Virus record (IMG/VR): IMGVR_UViG_3300045988_168112
DNA: 64,000 nucleotides
Strand: one strand, 5' to 3'
Origin: a virus
This document shows positions 42,065 through 50,310 of this stretch, piece after piece; position 1 is the stretch's first letter; the number at the start of each line of letters is the position of its first letter. A program made the translations under genes and the position numbers. The notes under the pieces were generated by a model. The model made no database searches. It was not told where the DNA came from and saw only the letters and a list, made by a program, of their open reading frames with translations.

Positions 42065-43186
42065 TCAGTGTGCATTATTGTTCTTCATCTGTCTTAGACG
42101 CTGTCTTATCAGGTCTTTCTTGCTTGTTCCTTCTTCCTCTTGAATTATCTCTGCCTCAGTGTATTCGATAGGTTTCATTTCGTTTAGGAATTGTTCATTC
42201 TTCTTTTCCAAGTCGTTCCAATCGTATTGTTTTATAAGGTCTCCAGGTAGCATTATCTTCTCTTGTCCAAGGATATTCTTATTGAATCCGTTGAAGTCTT
42301 TGTACCAGGAGCTTGCGAGTTGGTTTATCATTATCTCAGGTCTTATTCCTGACTTGGCACTTACGAGTCCAATGATTATACTGTTTATAGGTATATCACG
42401 CATTACTCTACTTATGTTCTCTCCTCCATGTATTGTTGCATTTATATCTATTTTTCCGTCAACTGTGAGTTTGAGTTCATTCCCTTTTACTTCCTTTCTT
42501 GCTTGTTCCAGGATTGCTCTTATTTCTCGTGATATAATCAATGCTTTTGTCTCTTGACCTCTATCGATATGGTCTTCGTATTTGAGTTGTAGGTCCGTGA
42601 GTATATCATTAAGGATTTCTAATCGTCCCGCTTCTGTTGCTACACGATATTTATCACTCTTTACTACGTATTTATTTTGTCTATTTTCAATTATTGACTT
42701 ATTTTCATTATAGAATTTTGTCAACTCTCCTTCTTCTAAATCATATCCTTCTCTCTTCTTGATTGTCTTCTTGACATCCTTTATTGAATACATAGAACCA
42801 AATAGGTCAAGAAGCATCGGTGTCAACTTTGCAAGCGCCTTACTTCTATCATTATAAAGGTCAAATGTATGCATATATTTTGACCGTGCTCTATTGTATT
42901 GAGCAAGTAGTGGTACAATGACTTTTGCACGAATTTCAAGTGCATCTTTGATATCTTCTTCTTTTGCACCACGATTTTTCATTACTCCCTTGAGATTCAC
43001 GTATTTAAGGTCGATTGAATGCAACACACCGTTGTGACCTTCATATGTGACAAATCTATCAGGACATTCGTCTAATTTGATACGAATTCTTTCATATTCC
43101 ACATAAGCATCTTGCATATGTTTAGAGGCTATCTGAACAAAGTCAGGAGCCTCTTTAATTATATCTTCTCTACTTACCTGTGTCAT
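42065..43186 (-). CDS. hypothetical protein (monocistronic cassette)
   Basis: 373-aa ORF with a promoter-like box upstream and a terminator downstream; no motif recognised. Confidence 0.7.
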   Translation of the reverse strand: MTQVSREDIIKEAPDFVQIASKHMQDAYVEYERIRIKLDECPDRFVTYEGHNGVLHSIDLKYVNLKGVMKNRGAKEEDIKDALEIRAKVIVPLLAQYNRARSKYMHTFDLYNDRSKALAKLTPMLLDLFGSMYSIKDVKKTIKKREGYDLEEGELTKFYNENKSIIENRQNKYVVKSDKYRVATEAGRLEILNDILTDLQLKYEDHIDRGQETKALIISREIRAILEQARKEVKGNELKLTVDGKIDINATIHGGENISRVMRDIPINSIIIGLVSAKSGIRPEIMINQLASSWYKDFNGFNKNILGQEKIMLPGDLIKQYDWNDLEKKNEQFLNEMKPIEYTEAEIIQEEEGTSKKDLIRQRLRQMKNNNAH

Positions 43187-43214
43187 TTCTTATGTTACTT
43201 ATTGTAATTATCGG

Positions 43215-43222
43215 TAAAGATA
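43215..43222 (-). promoter_or_regulatory. promoter -7-like box TATATCTTTACC (no clear -33)
   Basis: 28 nt before ATG 43186. Confidence 0.3.
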
Positions 43223-43258
43223 TATAAAACATCCTTTCTATGCTATGGGTTTTGTGAT

Positions 43259-43378
43259 TCAATACCAAACATCATTCATTAATTGTGTCTCTTCAACGAT
43301 TTCTTCATTATCTTCTTGAGACATTACAAATTGTTCGAATGTGAGGTCTTCATCTTCTTGTTCTAATAAGTAGTACAT
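43259..43378 (-). CDS. possible very acidic micro-ORF (39 aa)
   Basis: MYYLLEQEDEDLTFEQFVMSQEDNEEIVEETQLMNDVWY; ATG 43378. Confidence 0.3.
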   Translation of the reverse strand: MYYLLEQEDEDLTFEQFVMSQEDNEEIVEETQLMNDVWY

Positions 43379-43382
43379 AGGT

Positions 43383-43730
43383 TTACGAATTTTGTTTGTT
43401 ATAATACTTTTCAATTTCTTTTTTCATTATATCAATCTCCCAAGGATTGATTAAAAGTTCCATTTTCAACACTTTTGCTTGATTCAAATAATCTCTCTTA
43501 TTGTTGTACTTTATGTTTTGTATTGAATGTACATCAAGCTCTACATAGTAAAGATTTTCTTTACCAATCACAATTGGTTCGAAATTCACACTATAGCAAC
43601 TTACGTTATGATAATTCTCATTTTCGTCTTTATAGGTGAGTACGAAATTACATATGAAACCATCATTATTATCATTGTATATTTTTGTCACTCTCTTTTG
43701 ATAGAGGTGTGCGAGTAATTTTTGTACCAT
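43383..43730 (-). CDS. hypothetical protein
   Basis: 115-aa ORF. Confidence 0.6.
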   Translation of the reverse strand: MVQKLLAHLYQKRVTKIYNDNNDGFICNFVLTYKDENENYHNVSCYSVNFEPIVIGKENLYYVELDVHSIQNIKYNNKRDYLNQAKVLKMELLINPWEIDIMKKEIEKYYNKQNS

Positions 43731-43742
43731 TTTTCTTTTTAT

Positions 43743-44141
43743 TTATATAATAAGTTTTAACGCTTCCTTAATTCCGGCCTCCAATGTTTCTTCGTAGGTA
43801 TCCCACAGACCGCCATCATTAGGACCCCTGGAATCATCATCTTCCTGCCACGTTCCGTTATCGGCTTTCACTATAGCATAGCCATACCCTACGGCACTTC
43901 GGTATATTTCGATATGCAGGTTCTTGTTTTCACGCAGCCACTTTTGGGCAATGGATTGAGTTGGAGCAGAGATAGAGTAAACGTCTGCATTATAATTCTG
44001 GGCATCGTAGCTTTCATCTATCTCATACTCAGGACCACTACCTCCTTTATACACCAATTCATAAAAGCTACTAACATCTTCTTTAAATCCTGCCGCCTTT
44101 AGTAGCTTCGCTGTCTCTAATGTTACAAATTCTTCTGTCAT
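43743..44141 (-). CDS. hypothetical protein
   Basis: 132-aa ORF, ATGA overlap with the upstream gene. Confidence 0.65.
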   Translation of the reverse strand: MTEEFVTLETAKLLKAAGFKEDVSSFYELVYKGGSGPEYEIDESYDAQNYNADVYSISAPTQSIAQKWLRENKNLHIEIYRSAVGYGYAIVKADNGTWQEDDDSRGPNDGGLWDTYEETLEAGIKEALKLII

Positions 44142-44602
44142 AGCTGTATAAATAGTCTAATTGTTAGAACAATGGTCGTAATGATAAAGATTAATGCGAA
44201 ATATTTCCATATTTTTACAGTAGCCTCTAAACCGTGCTTCCGTTTGTCAAACTCACTTAAGGCATAATTCAAAGCCTCGTCTTTCAATCCCTTAAGCTTA
44301 TCATTCAAAGCCTCGGTTATATCGTCTGCGATAGTATGCTTCACCCTTTCTGACACGGATTCCGGATAACCCCTCTCTTCATAATTCAATTCATTCAACA
44401 AATCATAATGGAACATATAGGGTATTCCGTTTACTTCATAGGAGAGCTTGATACCGCTTTCTTTGATGTATTTCAAAAACTTTTCCTCGGCAATCTCGTT
44501 TATCCTTTCTTGGTTAAATTCTGACTGCTTCTTTATCTCATTAAAATATTCCTCGTCAACAATTACACAGTTGTTTTCAAGCTTCATTACATGTGCTTTC
44601 AT
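44138..44602 (-). CDS. hypothetical protein with C-terminal TM helix
   Basis: 154 aa; GGAGG 8 nt before the ATG. Confidence 0.65.
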   Translation of the reverse strand: MKAHVMKLENNCVIVDEEYFNEIKKQSEFNQERINEIAEEKFLKYIKESGIKLSYEVNGIPYMFHYDLLNELNYEERGYPESVSERVKHTIADDITEALNDKLKGLKDEALNYALSEFDKRKHGLEATVKIWKYFALIFIITTIVLTIRLFIQL

Positions 44603-44632
44603 TGTTTATTCCTCCTATTTCTTGTTTTGATT

Positions 44633-44779
44633 TCATAATTCGTAAGATAAAATTACAACCGTTAATGCAATGAAAATGATTGCTACTATCAAGGCGATAG
44701 ATAGACATCCCCTTTCGTATTCTTCATCTTCCGATGGTGTGTTTTCGTTATACCAATCTAATGGATGTTTTAATTTCAT
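44633..44779 (-). CDS. micro-ORF (48 aa) with TM helix, not in the ORF track
   Basis: MKLKHPLDWYNENTPSEDEEYERGCLSIALIVAIIFIALTVVILSYEL; AAGGAG 6 nt upstream; ATGA overlap. Confidence 0.45.
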   Translation of the reverse strand: MKLKHPLDWYNENTPSEDEEYERGCLSIALIVAIIFIALTVVILSYEL

Positions 44780-44901
44780 TTCTCACTCCTTTCTTTCTCC
44801 TTTTTAGCTTTATCACAAGCCGACTTCTTCATTACATACGGACAATCGCAATTCCCGTATCTTTCGTTATACCAACAACAATAGTCACACTGGTGCATCA
44901 T
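44776..44901 (-). CDS. Cys-rich micro-ORF (41 aa), not in the ORF track
   Basis: MMHQCDYCCWYNERYGNCDCPYVMKKSACDKAKKEKERSEK; GGAGG 5 nt upstream. Confidence 0.45.
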   Translation of the reverse strand: MMHQCDYCCWYNERYGNCDCPYVMKKSACDKAKKEKERSEK

Positions 44902-45117
44902 TTATTCCTCCTTATCTATCTTAATATCCGTTACTTTGCCACGATTGATGAATTTATAAATAATCCCTTTCGCATAATTTATATCGCATAATTTATCATA
45001 AGTAAACCGATATGTATGACAAGTATAGTATAAAGAGCATCCTTTGCAGTCATTACTTTCTTGTCTTACAAGCTCATGCAGCACCCCATCAATTATTATT
45101 CCGTTCTTTACTTCCAT
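44902..45117 (-). CDS. small Cys-containing protein
   Basis: ATG 45117 in a TGATTATGGAAG junction. Confidence 0.55.
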   Translation of the reverse strand: MEVKNGIIIDGVLHELVRQESNDCKGCSLYYTCHTYRFTYDKLCDINYAKGIIYKFINRGKVTDIKIDKEE

Positions 45118-45119
45118 AA

Positions 45120-45362
45120 TCAATATTCTAATACTTCACAATCACTTACTTTCACTTTCATAAACTTTTTAGTTTCCTTATCCACTATCAAAAACTTATC
45201 TTTCCTAAAAAAGCCTCCATCTATATACCCCACCACCTTTCCAGTGCCTTTATAGGTAAACTCTTCTACAGTAGGAAGAGGCATACTTGGATAAAACATA
45301 TCACGCTCTTCGCAACGAATATCGTAATCTGTCGAATTGAATATTTTATAACTAACTTCCAT
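45120..45362 (-). CDS. hypothetical protein
   Basis: ATG 45362 in a TGATTATGGAAG junction (track start is TTG). Confidence 0.55.
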   Translation of the reverse strand: MEVSYKIFNSTDYDIRCEERDMFYPSMPLPTVEEFTYKGTGKVVGYIDGGFFRKDKFLIVDKETKKFMKVKVSDCEVLEY

Positions 45363-45364
45363 AA

Positions 45365-45562
45365 TCAAATACAATTAGGGCATTCTGCCGATTTATTACC
45401 TTTAGTATCTGTGTATGTATAGATACTTTCTCCTTTTGAGGAAATCACATCGACCATACAGCCGCACTTCGTACACTTTCTATGCGCATTGTTAGGGTTG
45501 TTTATCCATCTATGCCCTTTTCTGTTTTCTGCGCCTAACTTTGTTCCTCTATTAAATCCCAT
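45365..45562 (-). CDS. zinc-ribbon small protein
   Basis: CTKCGC ... CPNC; start MGFNRG preceded by GGAAAGGGTG. Confidence 0.5.
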   Translation of the reverse strand: MGFNRGTKLGAENRKGHRWINNPNNAHRKCTKCGCMVDVISSKGESIYTYTDTKGNKSAECPNCI

Positions 45563-46079
45563 AATCACACCCTTTCCCGTAAACATTTACGAACTCGCTG
45601 ACATCCATATAGTCTATGCCAAAATTCTCGGCTGTTTTCTTGTCACTGTCTGAAAACTGCCCTTCGAGGCCGCTTGCATCACCAATCATTAAACAATCTT
45701 CTACCTCCAAACTGAAATCTTTCCATGTATTGTAATTATCAAAAAGTTCTTCAAGCATTCCGGTATTTGGCTTTCTCATAGGGTTGCTTCTGTCATTGCT
45801 TCCGCAATACTTAAAACGCGTATCAATGTCGCAATAATCCATTATACTGTAACTCACGTACTCACATTTTACATAAATAAATGATTCTGGAACCAACCCT
45901 TTTTCTATCCCTCCCTGGTTTGTCACGATAAAAATTTCTTCGGGATTCAAATTCTTTATTGCATCCATGACATCAAACTTAAATTTCATGTCCCATATCC
46001 CCTTTGGAAACGTCTCACCACTTGCAGTTTCTATTAACGTGCCGTCCATATCACAAAATAAAACCTTGTACTTTTTCAT
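45552..46079 (-). CDS. HAD-IIIA family phosphatase (polynucleotide 3'-phosphatase / GmhB-like)
   Basis: FCDMDGTLIET (DxDGT), IVTNQGGIEKG, MIGDASG motifs. Confidence 0.65.
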   Translation of the reverse strand: MKKYKVLFCDMDGTLIETASGETFPKGIWDMKFKFDVMDAIKNLNPEEIFIVTNQGGIEKGLVPESFIYVKCEYVSYSIMDYCDIDTRFKYCGSNDRSNPMRKPNTGMLEELFDNYNTWKDFSLEVEDCLMIGDASGLEGQFSDSDKKTAENFGIDYMDVSEFVNVYGKGCDYGI

Positions 46080-46090
46080 TTCTCGTTCCT

Positions 46091-46273
46091 TTATTTGTTT
46101 AAATCTTTATCTTCACATCGAACTATTTTATGTTTCTTGCAAAACCTAATTGAATACCTTACTGCCTTTCGTATATCTTCATACTCCTTTGTACTGTACA
46201 CGTTGTATGTACGGAGCTTTTTCATAATTTCCTCTTCTATAAAAGGAAGAACTTCTTTCTCAAACCTGCTCAT
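46091..46273 (-). CDS. hypothetical protein
   Basis: 60-aa ORF, ATGA coupling. Confidence 0.5.
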   Translation of the reverse strand: MSRFEKEVLPFIEEEIMKKLRTYNVYSTKEYEDIRKAVRYSIRFCKKHKIVRCEDKDLNK

Positions 46274-46461
46274 TTCCTATGTGTTTTACGGTTCTTGTTT
46301 CTCTTCCTACGTTTCGCAATCTGCTTGTTTGTGCATCTATCATCTTTTGGGCGATATTTTCTCATTTTGGGTGCATCACACGGTTCTAAAGGAGAAATAT
46401 CAACATATGGATTATAAATATCATAACGAGTATTATCGTTCCAAGAAATTTCATTCTGCAT
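46270..46461 (-). CDS. basic small protein
   Basis: 63 aa, C-terminal KRRKRNKNRKTHRK; AGAGGGG upstream. Confidence 0.5.
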   Translation of the reverse strand: MQNEISWNDNTRYDIYNPYVDISPLEPCDAPKMRKYRPKDDRCTNKQIAKRRKRNKNRKTHRK

Positions 46462-46464
46462 ATT

Positions 46465-46761
46465 TTACCCCTCTTTCTTTTTAAGACTTATATCAATTGA
46501 CAACCTATCGGTAATTTCCTCTTTAATTATCTCCTTGCACAAATTCCTTATCATAGAGTAATCACCATGTCTTTGTATCTCGTTGGAAACCATACAACGA
46601 ACCCACCTCTCTATATCAACGTCGTTTCCGTAGGTATTATGAAAGATACGTTTGACTTCTTCTTTCACGATTGGAATCATAATTTCCTTTATATCCTCTT
46701 TAGTCAACTTTAGTTCGTTGTGGATATAATTCTTCACTTCTCTATATCTATATTTACTCAT
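46465..46761 (-). CDS. hypothetical protein
   Basis: 98 aa; GGAGG 10 nt upstream. Confidence 0.6.
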   Translation of the reverse strand: MSKYRYREVKNYIHNELKLTKEDIKEIMIPIVKEEVKRIFHNTYGNDVDIERWVRCMVSNEIQRHGDYSMIRNLCKEIIKEEITDRLSIDISLKKKEG

Positions 46762-46766
46762 AATGC

Positions 46767-46958
46767 TTAAACCTCCACTTTTGTATAATTACTAAACTTA
46801 CAATAAAGATATTCGCTTGAAAACCATCCTAATTGATGTTTATCATTAACATATTTACAATAGGTTTCCCATTTGTCCTTGTGTACAATCTCATACATTA
46901 CGCCTTTGTACATAAACAAATCCCCTTCTTGTAAATTTGAAATCTTAATTGTTTTCAT
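46767..46958 (-). CDS. hypothetical protein
   Basis: 63 aa; GAGGA upstream. Confidence 0.5.
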   Translation of the reverse strand: MKTIKISNLQEGDLFMYKGVMYEIVHKDKWETYCKYVNDKHQLGWFSSEYLYCKFSNYTKVEV

Positions 46959-47260
46959 ATTAACCCAATCCTCTTTAATCTTTTTCTAAAATTCTTTTCA
47001 TTCAAAGCTTGTTCGTAATAGCAATCCGGCTCAATAACTGTTTTAGTTTTCATTATAGGTTTCCCGTTTAATCCAATTGAAACTTCGTTGGTAATAGAAG
47101 CTCTCTTTATCTCTTTCGTTTTCAGATTGAATGAAAATAGAATATGACCCGGAATCTTTTTCTTCTTATCCGTCAATTTATATTCATGCTGTTTCTTTTG
47201 AACATATTCTACCTGGTTTTTAGATAGACCACCCTTTGTTAAATCCGGAACTATTTCCAT
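46955..47260 (-). CDS. hypothetical protein
   Basis: ATG 47260 preceded by GGTGA (track start 47269 is GTG). Confidence 0.55.
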   Translation of the reverse strand: MEIVPDLTKGGLSKNQVEYVQKKQHEYKLTDKKKKIPGHILFSFNLKTKEIKRASITNEVSIGLNGKPIMKTKTVIEPDCYYEQALNEKNFRKRLKRIGLI

Positions 47261-47261
47261 A

Positions 47262-47435
47262 TCAATCACCGTTTAAAATATACAACAACTCTCTTGCTTT
47301 CCTATAGGTATCAAAACCTTTTACATTCACCCATTCGGATGAAAGACGTTTGTCTTTTCTTACTTGTACGCAATACACGACTATCGGAATACACCCGCTA
47401 TACCTTATTTCTTTCACAATCCTATATCTTTCCAT
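47262..47435 (-). CDS. small ORF not in the ORF track (57 aa)
   Basis: MERYRIVKEIRYSGCIPIVVYCVQVRKDKRLSSEWVNVKGFDTYRKARELLYILNGD; fits exactly between neighbouring genes. Confidence 0.5.
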   Translation of the reverse strand: MERYRIVKEIRYSGCIPIVVYCVQVRKDKRLSSEWVNVKGFDTYRKARELLYILNGD

Positions 47436-47436
47436 G

Positions 47437-47697
47437 TCAAATACAGTTTCTTATAAACGTTTCCTTGTCAATCATACCGTTCTTTGATTCTTCCACCAAG
47501 TCAAAAAATGTATCAGCAGAACAAACATGCTCTTCTATCATTATACATATTCCATCACCGGGATAATATTCACACGAAACATCATCACTCCAATCTATAT
47601 ACTTTTGTGCTTCTTTGACTATATCGTAACAATCAAGCATATACCCTTGATATTTAATAGAAGCTTTCCTTATTTTGTCAAATACATTTCCTTTCAT
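47437..47697 (-). CDS. hypothetical protein
   Basis: Start at MKGNVFDK (ATG 47697) preceded by AAGGAG at 9 nt; track start 47736 would overlap the upstream gene. Confidence 0.55.
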   Translation of the reverse strand: MKGNVFDKIRKASIKYQGYMLDCYDIVKEAQKYIDWSDDVSCEYYPGDGICIMIEEHVCSADTFFDLVEESKNGMIDKETFIRNCI

Positions 47698-47716
47698 ATT
47701 TTCAATCTCCTTTCTA

Positions 47717-47971
47717 TCACTCAATACATAAAACAAGTCCCCTACGTATCATATCTTCCAACTCTCTTTCGGAAAACTCATCGAACGAATGTTTGTCCAT
47801 AGTGCAGAAATGATACCTTACAGAATGCTTTTCATAATCAATGTTTTTATGATAATCAATCATTACATCACTTATAACCGTTTCGATAATCTTACCGTTT
47901 ACAATAAAAGAAAAACGTGTTCCGACATCATAACACACCTTCTTAAACAAAAGAACTTTCCTTTCATCCAT
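47717..47971 (-). CDS. hypothetical protein
   Basis: 84-aa ORF. Confidence 0.6.
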   Translation of the reverse strand: MDERKVLLFKKVCYDVGTRFSFIVNGKIIETVISDVMIDYHKNIDYEKHSVRYHFCTMDKHSFDEFSERELEDMIRRGLVLCIE

Positions 47972-47972
47972 T

Positions 47973-48218
47973 TTATTTCAATTTTTCTTCAAGTTCAGCA
48001 ATTATACAATCTGCATCACCGCCATGTACCCAGTCCTCCAGTACAGAAGACAAAGCTTCAATAACTTTCTCCTTCTGCCATTCGGCACCACTATTAAAAC
48101 CATTAGCAATCATTTCCTTGATGTCAGAAATTCTATTCGGTACCCCACATGTTCCAAATGAGCGAATAACCGATTCGGCATATTCTATTGACGCCTTTTT
48201 AATAATCTTTTCTGTCAT
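47973..48218 (-). CDS. hypothetical protein
   Basis: 81-aa ORF. Confidence 0.6.
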   Translation of the reverse strand: MTEKIIKKASIEYAESVIRSFGTCGVPNRISDIKEMIANGFNSGAEWQKEKVIEALSSVLEDWVHGGDADCIIAELEEKLK

Positions 48219-48224
48219 AATACT

Positions 48225-48443
48225 TCACTTTTTAGGATTATTGTTACACTTTTCAACAAGTTGAAGATTCTGTGGAAGGAATGTCCTTAATTCGCCATCT
48301 ATCTCAAGATGATAATACTTCGTACTTCCAGTTCCACATATACTTGCTATTCTACTCACTTTACCTACCAACATCAAATTTGAACAATGTAGGATTTTCA
48401 CTCTATCTCCTACTCCAAAGTTCTGATTCTTTGATTTTGCCAT
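48225..48443 (-). CDS. small SH3/KOW-like protein
   Basis: 72 aa, GVGDRVKILHCSNLMLVGKVSRI. Confidence 0.55.
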   Translation of the reverse strand: MAKSKNQNFGVGDRVKILHCSNLMLVGKVSRIASICGTGSTKYYHLEIDGELRTFLPQNLQLVEKCNNNPKK

Positions 48444-48460
48444 TGTTTATAATTGTTTAA

Positions 48461-48540
48461 AAGGAAAACTGTTCAAGTTTGCAGTAAATTAACAAATAAG
48501 TTGGATTGAACAAAATAAACAACTTGAAACAATTTTCCTT
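48461..48540. other. long imperfect inverted repeat
   Basis: AAGGAAAACTGTTCAAGTT (48461-48479) versus AACTTGAAACAATTTTCCTT (48521-48540); 1 mismatch plus 1 bulge; 41-nt loop. Confidence 0.6.
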
Positions 48541-48584
48541 ATTTGATAAAAATACAATTTTGTTATCAATTAAATGATTTGAAG

Positions 48585-49115
48585 TTACTCGATTCCTTTT
48601 AAAAATGAGACATCTTCAAGCTGCTCACTCATCCGCATTATTCGAAGAATCTTCTCCCATTTTTCAGGTGTCATTTCTGTATCATCTGATTCTACATTCT
48701 CACTGAAGATATCGTGTTTATTCAGGAATGCTTCATACAAATTATCCATCATTGACTTAACCTCTTTCTTCCATTGTTTGGAATAAAACTCATACATTTC
48801 TTTAACTTCAATGTATTCAGCATCAGTAAGTTCGATAGAAATGAAAGTTTTATATTTATTGGAGTGATATGTAATAGAGTCTTTGTTCAAAACCTTATGT
48901 ACACATTGGAATAGAAGTTTCCGAGCATATGTATTAGAATATGGTAATTTGAAACATCTCTCTTCTTTCTTTTCATTAAATAGAGTTTCGATATCCAATC
49001 CATTAGCCAAACATAACGCATCTAAAGCTCTTTTAGCTGCTAATGCTTCACCCATCTCACCTCTTTCTACAAGAGCTTGAAGTTTCTTAGCTTTTTCGAG
49101 TATCTTCCTATCCAT
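48585..49115 (-). CDS. hypothetical protein (DUF2786-like N-terminus)
   Basis: Start MDRKILEKAKKLQALVERGEMGEALAAKRALDAL at ATG 49115; the track extension covers the promoter. Confidence 0.5.
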   Translation of the reverse strand: MDRKILEKAKKLQALVERGEMGEALAAKRALDALCLANGLDIETLFNEKKEERCFKLPYSNTYARKLLFQCVHKVLNKDSITYHSNKYKTFISIELTDAEYIEVKEMYEFYSKQWKKEVKSMMDNLYEAFLNKHDIFSENVESDDTEMTPEKWEKILRIMRMSEQLEDVSFLKGIE

Positions 49116-49141
49116 AATATTTCTTCTTTTTTTTGAATGCT

Positions 49142-49172
49142 TAAAGATACACCTTTGGACCACGCGGTCCAA
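49142..49172 (-). promoter_or_regulatory. promoter TTG-N20-TATCTTTAAG
   Basis: TTGgaccgcgtggtccaaaggtgTATCTTTAAGCATTCAAAAAAAAG; spacer has the palindrome GGACCGCGTGGTCC; 26 nt before ATG 49115. Confidence 0.6.
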
Positions 49173-49182
49173 CGATTTTCAA

Positions 49183-49473
49183 TTAAATTTTAATGACTTG
49201 GACATATTTTAATTCACCTGTATATCCTCTGCCACGTAACTCTTCTATGAGTTGTCTTGGAGTAAATTTTGCCAAATCAGGATTTACAAAAACTTTATGA
49301 ATACCTGATTGTGATTCTTTTTTAATTTGATTTCGTAATTTATCATGTGAATTTTTACACTTTTTGCATACATTAAGATGTCCATCCTTACAATTTACAG
49401 AAGTATAAAATTGGTCTAATGGTAATTCTTGACCACACTTCTTACACACTTTAGTCTTTACTTCGTTTTCCAT
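49183..49473 (-). CDS. zinc-ribbon protein paralogous to the HNH endonuclease N-terminus
   Basis: CKKCGQELPLDQFY..GHLNVCKKCK versus CSKCRKELPLDSFY..GYEYQCKDCK in ORF 11425-12216. Confidence 0.55.
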   Translation of the reverse strand: MENEVKTKVCKKCGQELPLDQFYTSVNCKDGHLNVCKKCKNSHDKLRNQIKKESQSGIHKVFVNPDLAKFTPRQLIEELRGRGYTGELKYVQVIKI

Positions 49474-49478
49474 AATTA

Positions 49479-49718
49479 TTACAATGTTAATGTTTTAATG
49501 ACTTTACCTGAATTCATCAAACGATTTTCAATCACATTTAAATTCAATTGAAAACCTGATGTGAGACTATTAACAGTCAATACTATGAGATTAGAATTAG
49601 GGATTATCTCATAAACTCCTTTCATGAATTTACCGTATTCCCACAATAACGCATCGAGTTCGTCTATTACATCTGTCCTAAGACACTCGATAATAAATGT
49701 ACTGATTTTTGCCTTCAT
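49479..49718 (-). CDS. hypothetical protein
   Basis: 79-aa ORF, first after the promoter. Confidence 0.6.
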   Translation of the reverse strand: MKAKISTFIIECLRTDVIDELDALLWEYGKFMKGVYEIIPNSNLIVLTVNSLTSGFQLNLNVIENRLMNSGKVIKTLTL

Positions 49719-49755
49719 ATTTTCTCGTATTTAATCATTGTTCTTTTTGGATATC

Positions 49756-49786
49756 TAAAGATACTACTTTTCTATGAGATACCAAA
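49756..49786 (-). promoter_or_regulatory. promoter TTTTG-N19-TATCTTTAGA
   Basis: ACATAAACTTTTGGTATCTcatagaaaagtagTATCTTTAGATATCCAAAAAG; shares a 19-mer with the site at 36791-36809. Confidence 0.55.
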
Positions 49787-49822
49787 AGTTTATGTCTAAA
49801 TTGTGTATCAAATTAATATATA

Positions 49823-49855
49823 TTAAGAAAGGACCTTGTTTCACAACAAAGCCCC
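49823..49855 (-). terminator. weak hairpin terminator
   Basis: Imperfect stem (6 of 9 pairs) around a GTTTCACAAC loop, T-rich tail on the minus strand. Confidence 0.3.
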
Positions 49856-49881
49856 TTCAAAACTCTAATATACAAACATGG

Positions 49882-50310
49882 CTAACACGTAATAAACTCT
49901 TCAATTTTAGTTTCTTTTATGTCAACAACACGCGTCTCACTGAGAAAATCCTGATTTAAAATCTTACTCATCATTTCACTTGCTTTTGTAGAACTTTCAG
50001 ATTGAATGAGGTATTGTATCTTGTTTTCTTTCACTTTACCTCTCATATCGGTCTCAAACCATAATCCTTTACATAAGAACCATAATCCTTTTCCTGAATG
50101 GACGCCAGAAATATTTATTTCTTTAATAGGACTAATATCGAACTCAACATCGATATTCTCATTGCCCCACTTAGTAGCAATTGCTTCTGCATCAGTGTAA
50201 TTAACTGCTGAACAAGCAATTACATTCTGACACTTTTTCATTCTCCTATTTGTAGAATTTTCATCTTCTGCCCAATAAGAGATAGTTATTTCAAAGTACT
50301 TGTGCAACAT
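49882..50310 (-). CDS. tandem DUF4494-like protein
   Basis: Two halves with the same pattern (YFEITISYW..TDAEAIA..ISPIKEINIS and WFLCKGLWFE..STKASEMM..VVDIKETKIE). Confidence 0.4.
   Translation of the reverse strand: MLHKYFEITISYWAEDENSTNRRMKKCQNVIACSAVNYTDAEAIATKWGNENIDVEFDISPIKEINISGVHSGKGLWFLCKGLWFETDMRGKVKENKIQYLIQSESSTKASEMMSKILNQDFLSETRVVDIKETKIEEFITC

Noticed and set aside
42065-43186. Large terminase or recombinase assignment for the 373-aa monocistronic ORF
   Set aside because: No Walker A/B or nuclease motifs were recognised, and the location in the early region is wrong for terminase. It is left as hypothetical.
33400-49000. Lysogeny module (integrase, CI-like repressor, excisionase)
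   Set aside because: No tyrosine or serine recombinase motifs or att-like repeats were seen. The small genes here are uncharacterised, so a temperate lifestyle cannot be supported from this window.
49116-49172. N-terminal extensions of ORFs 48585-49172 and 57187-57681
   Set aside because: The extensions are encoded by the promoter motifs themselves and begin at non-ATG codons or give odd peptides. Internal ATGs at 49115 and 57666 give canonical N-termini.
36775-49800. CRISPR-like array suggested by the recurring conserved motif of about 35 nt
   Set aside because: Copies are kilobases apart, each sits immediately upstream of a gene in the direction of transcription, and they have promoter architecture. 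They are not a repeat-spacer array.
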